The position numbers were made by a program, and so were the translations under genes. This document shows positions 60,950 through 64,000 of a stretch of DNA of 64,000 nucleotides, in pieces; positions within the stretch are counted from its first letter, which is position 1; each line of letters starts with the position of its first letter. Below the pieces are notes generated by a model. That model made no database searches, was not told the origin of the DNA, and saw only the letters and a list, made by a program, of their open reading frames with translations. The DNA is from Cenococcum geophilum (Eukaryota), in assembly GCA_050273025.1 (NCBI GenBank), contig CP158635.1, positions 14,694,001-14,758,000 on the forward strand, in the 5' to 3' direction.

Positions 60950-63049
60950 TCTAAAGTAGACGCATATAATAAATATATATTTATTATTTGTATATATATT
61001 AGTAAGCATGAAAATAGCTACCGGATTTATGTTACTAATGGCAAAATAATAGATAAGAAAACTAAACGCACGATATACCTTATTAACGTCAAGTTTAAAG
61101 GCCTGTAGGATATACTTAGGTCCGTTCTATAAGGTATAGATAGAACTTTCCTTATAGAAGACAAACCTATAGTATAAAACCCTATCTATTAGGCCCTAGA
61201 TTGGCTACTAACTTAAGACTAGATAGAGCGGAATATATTATACTACTTCCTTTTTAAGCTAGAAGCTTATAAGGGAGCCCCGGAGAACAGCACCCACTTT
61301 AACCTCTTAGTAAACTATATTAGGGATATATATACCTTAATAAAACAGCGCCTTATATCGCTAGAAGATAGTAAAAAAATTATATTTAATCTGCTCTAGA
61401 CTCTGTTTAAGTCAAATAAATTAGTATATGGGAAATGCTATGGCATTAAAAAGCATAGATACATAAGATTTAACTTAGGTAAGGTAAAAGAGGACGATAA
61501 AGGAGATAAATATTTCTGTATTTAAGGTCGGTATCTGGATTTTAATGGCAAAAAATTTAGTAAGGCTGTAACCGTAGCTGCTATTTAGAAGTTCTAGGGT
61601 TTAAAGCTGATATATAGCCTTGCATATTTTCCCCTTAAATACCACCCTAACGCAGAGGAAGAGAAGTAAGAACTTGCTAATAGCGGTTATAAATTTATTA
61701 TATTAATAGGGACGCACTACTAATAGTATAAAGGTAAAGCCTTTTATATAGAGAAAGGAAAGCCCTTTAGATTATCTATTAATGGTTAGATTATAGTTAA
61801 CCTAGTACTTTTCTAAGAGAATAATCCAAACTATACCGAACCTAGTATTAATAAGCAGTGAAAATACCAAACCAATAACATTTGGACAATTTGTTTTAGT
61901 AAACTGGCTAAGAAAAAACTTAATAAAGTTAAGAGTAATGGTAAGAAGCCTACTAAGTTGAAATATAAGGACTTAGTTATTTGCAGCCCAACTATATTAG
62001 GGTTTAATCTTAATAATAAGCTCTAGTGTAAGTTCCTAGATTTATAAGCTAAGAAGACTATAAAGTTAATTTAATATCCCGTAGTGGAGTTTGCTGTTAA
62101 TAATATTAGTAATATTAAGTGGAATACTCTTTTCTTTTAGAACCTTGCCATCCTAAAGGACTAGAAGAAGCTTATTTAGGCTTTTACAGCTTCTTATATA
62201 AATAGGGCTTAGTTTAATAATTTTGTGCTTGGCAAAGGATATAGTTTAATTATACTACTACAGTACAAGCTCCGTTTTACTTTAGATTTAGAGAAAACTA
62301 ATATAGAGTATTAGTGGTCCTTCTAGAGTTGGAAAGACCTTAACTATAGAAGGACTTTTAGAAGAGCTGTAAAAGCCGCTTTACACGGTATGCCCTACTT
62401 ATTTAAACTGCTACTATTTGCCTAACTCTTTTAGTTATCTAGTGGGGACCTAGCTACTAACGTAAAGGAGGTTAAAATTTAGCTTTCTTGCACTTTCTGG
62501 CTGGCCAGCTATTAGAATATTATACTTTTATTAAATAAAGCTAACATATTTATAAAGCAACAATTATTGGATTATATGGGCAATAACCTAACTTTAATTT
62601 TTCTGCGGAAACTTAAATTTTATAAAGGAATTATAATCCTTACTACTAATTATATAAAAGACTTTAATGACATAATGTGAAGCAGAATATATATAGCTAT
62701 AAAATACCCTCCCTTAGGGGCTAATATAAGATGGGGCCTTTAGGCCAGTTTTCTAGTAAAGGCAGTTACTAATAGGGTAAGAATTAGTTATAAAGAGCTT
62801 AAGGAATTAGCATAATGGGAGCTTAATGGCTAATAGGTAGGAATACTAAAGTCCTAGCAGAGAATTTTTATGCTAAATTATTTATATTTTGTAGATTAAA
62901 AATACTATAAGAGCAGCCCTTGCCTTAGCGTATAAGGAAAAAAATCATTGTCCTATTAGTATTTAGAAATAGTTCTGCAATTAGGTAATAAGTTTAACTG
63001 TAACTATAAGGGTCTAGGCTAAGTTGGTAATTTAAACGCTTACTGCTAA
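60950..63049 (+). pseudogene. RIP-degraded fungal AAA+ ATPase gene with several introns (5' limit approximate)
   Basis: ITFNLL*TLFKSNKLVY; GRYLDFNGKKF; Walker A SGPSRVGKTLTIE (~62315-62350); Walker B ILLLNKANIF (RIP of LLLDEADIF); IFLRKLKFYKGIIILTTN; ELNG*. Confidence 0.85.
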
Positions 63050-63289
63050 GTGTTTCCCACTTTTTAAGACTTCTAGGCGGCTATGATTTTGGATATAGAT
63101 ATAGTTAGGTAGTTATATATTAAATCCCTAGTTGTGGGCCTAGGTTCTAACAAATATAACTAAATAACTTAAAGTACTTACTGCCCTCTTAAAACCTTAA
63201 TTATGGGTAGCTAGTATGTAAATGGCTTCTATTCCTATACAGGATATAAGCCTATAACAATAAGGCCTATATAGTAGGCTATAATATAG

Positions 63290-63920
63290 GCAAATTTAGA
63301 AATGGGAGAATGGGAGCTATAGGGTATTAGTTCCCGTAGAGAAGTAGAAAATATAGGTATTGGTTCCTGTAAGGAACTAAAAGCTATAAAGGGATGGAGG
63401 ATGCTAGTATCAATTCCCTTAGAGAACTAAAAGCTGTAAGAGAGTAGTTTCTGTAAGGGAGTGGAAGTTATTACTATTAATTCCTATAGAGGAGTAAAAG
63501 CTGTATAGAAATAGAAGCTATAGGGTATAGTTTTTATAGGGTAGTAGAAGATATGTTTACTATATATAGGAACGGAATTTATAGGGGATTTGTTTCCGTA
63601 TAGGAGTAGAAAAGGTAGCTAAAAGTTTTTATAAGGGAGTAAAAATTATATAGGAATGTAAGCTGTAGGGGATTAGTTCCTATAGGGTGGTAAAATATAT
63701 AGGCGTTGGCGCCTAAAGGGGATTTGTTAGAGTAAGGGATTTATTAGGGTAGGGGATTTATTAGAGTAGGGGATTTATTAGCGTAGGGAATTTATTAGTA
63801 TAGGGGATTTATTAGAGTAGGGGACTGGTTCCTATAGGGCGGTAAAATATATAAGCATTGGCTTCTATAGGGGATTTATTTAAGTAGGGGATTAGTTAGA
63901 GGAAGGAATTAATTCTCCTA
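63290..63920. repeat. Degenerate purine-rich tandem repeats, RIP-marked
   Basis: Recurrent ttcc(t/c)(a/g)tag..ga.tagaa.ctgta and gtaggggatttattaga units. Confidence 0.6.
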
Positions 63921-64000
63921 TGGCCTCTATTTAGGCGGCAAAAGGCGGCTTCTAATAGGCTAGGGAGTAGATTATATGTTTTATAGAAATATAAAGCCTA

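Overview
Eukaryotic DNA from a filamentous ascomycete. The basis is GT-AG introns with CTAAC/CTGAC-type branch sites and extensive RIP (TpA-rich, CpA/TpG-depleted repeats); a Dothideomycete origin is my inference. A GC-balanced gene island (~14.4-37.7 kb) lies between two RIP-degraded repeat blocks. Left block: the 5' end of an LTR retrotransposon with a ~114-bp LTR, and a DUF6589-like (possibly Academ-type) transposase pseudogene interrupted by a complete 7.95-kb Ty3/Gypsy chromovirus (425-bp LTRs, ATAAG TSD) that carries an extra antisense Cys-rich ORF. Gene island: a small membrane protein, OCH1, a small low-complexity protein, an intact NACHT_N-NACHT-WD40 NLR (12 near-identical WD repeats) bracketed by ~160-bp inverted repeats, an annexin, a decayed membrane-protein gene, a 1-kb nested palindromic TA-flanked element, and an intronless 832-aa protein with a HicA-like C-terminus. 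Right block: a hAT transposase pseudogene interrupted by a minisatellite-filled element, a head-to-head diverged copy running into a Myb/SANT domain, a full-length Tad1-like LINE with a 16-bp TSD, and RIP-killed kinase-like and AAA-ATPase genes. All family assignments come from motif recognition by eye; no database search was run.
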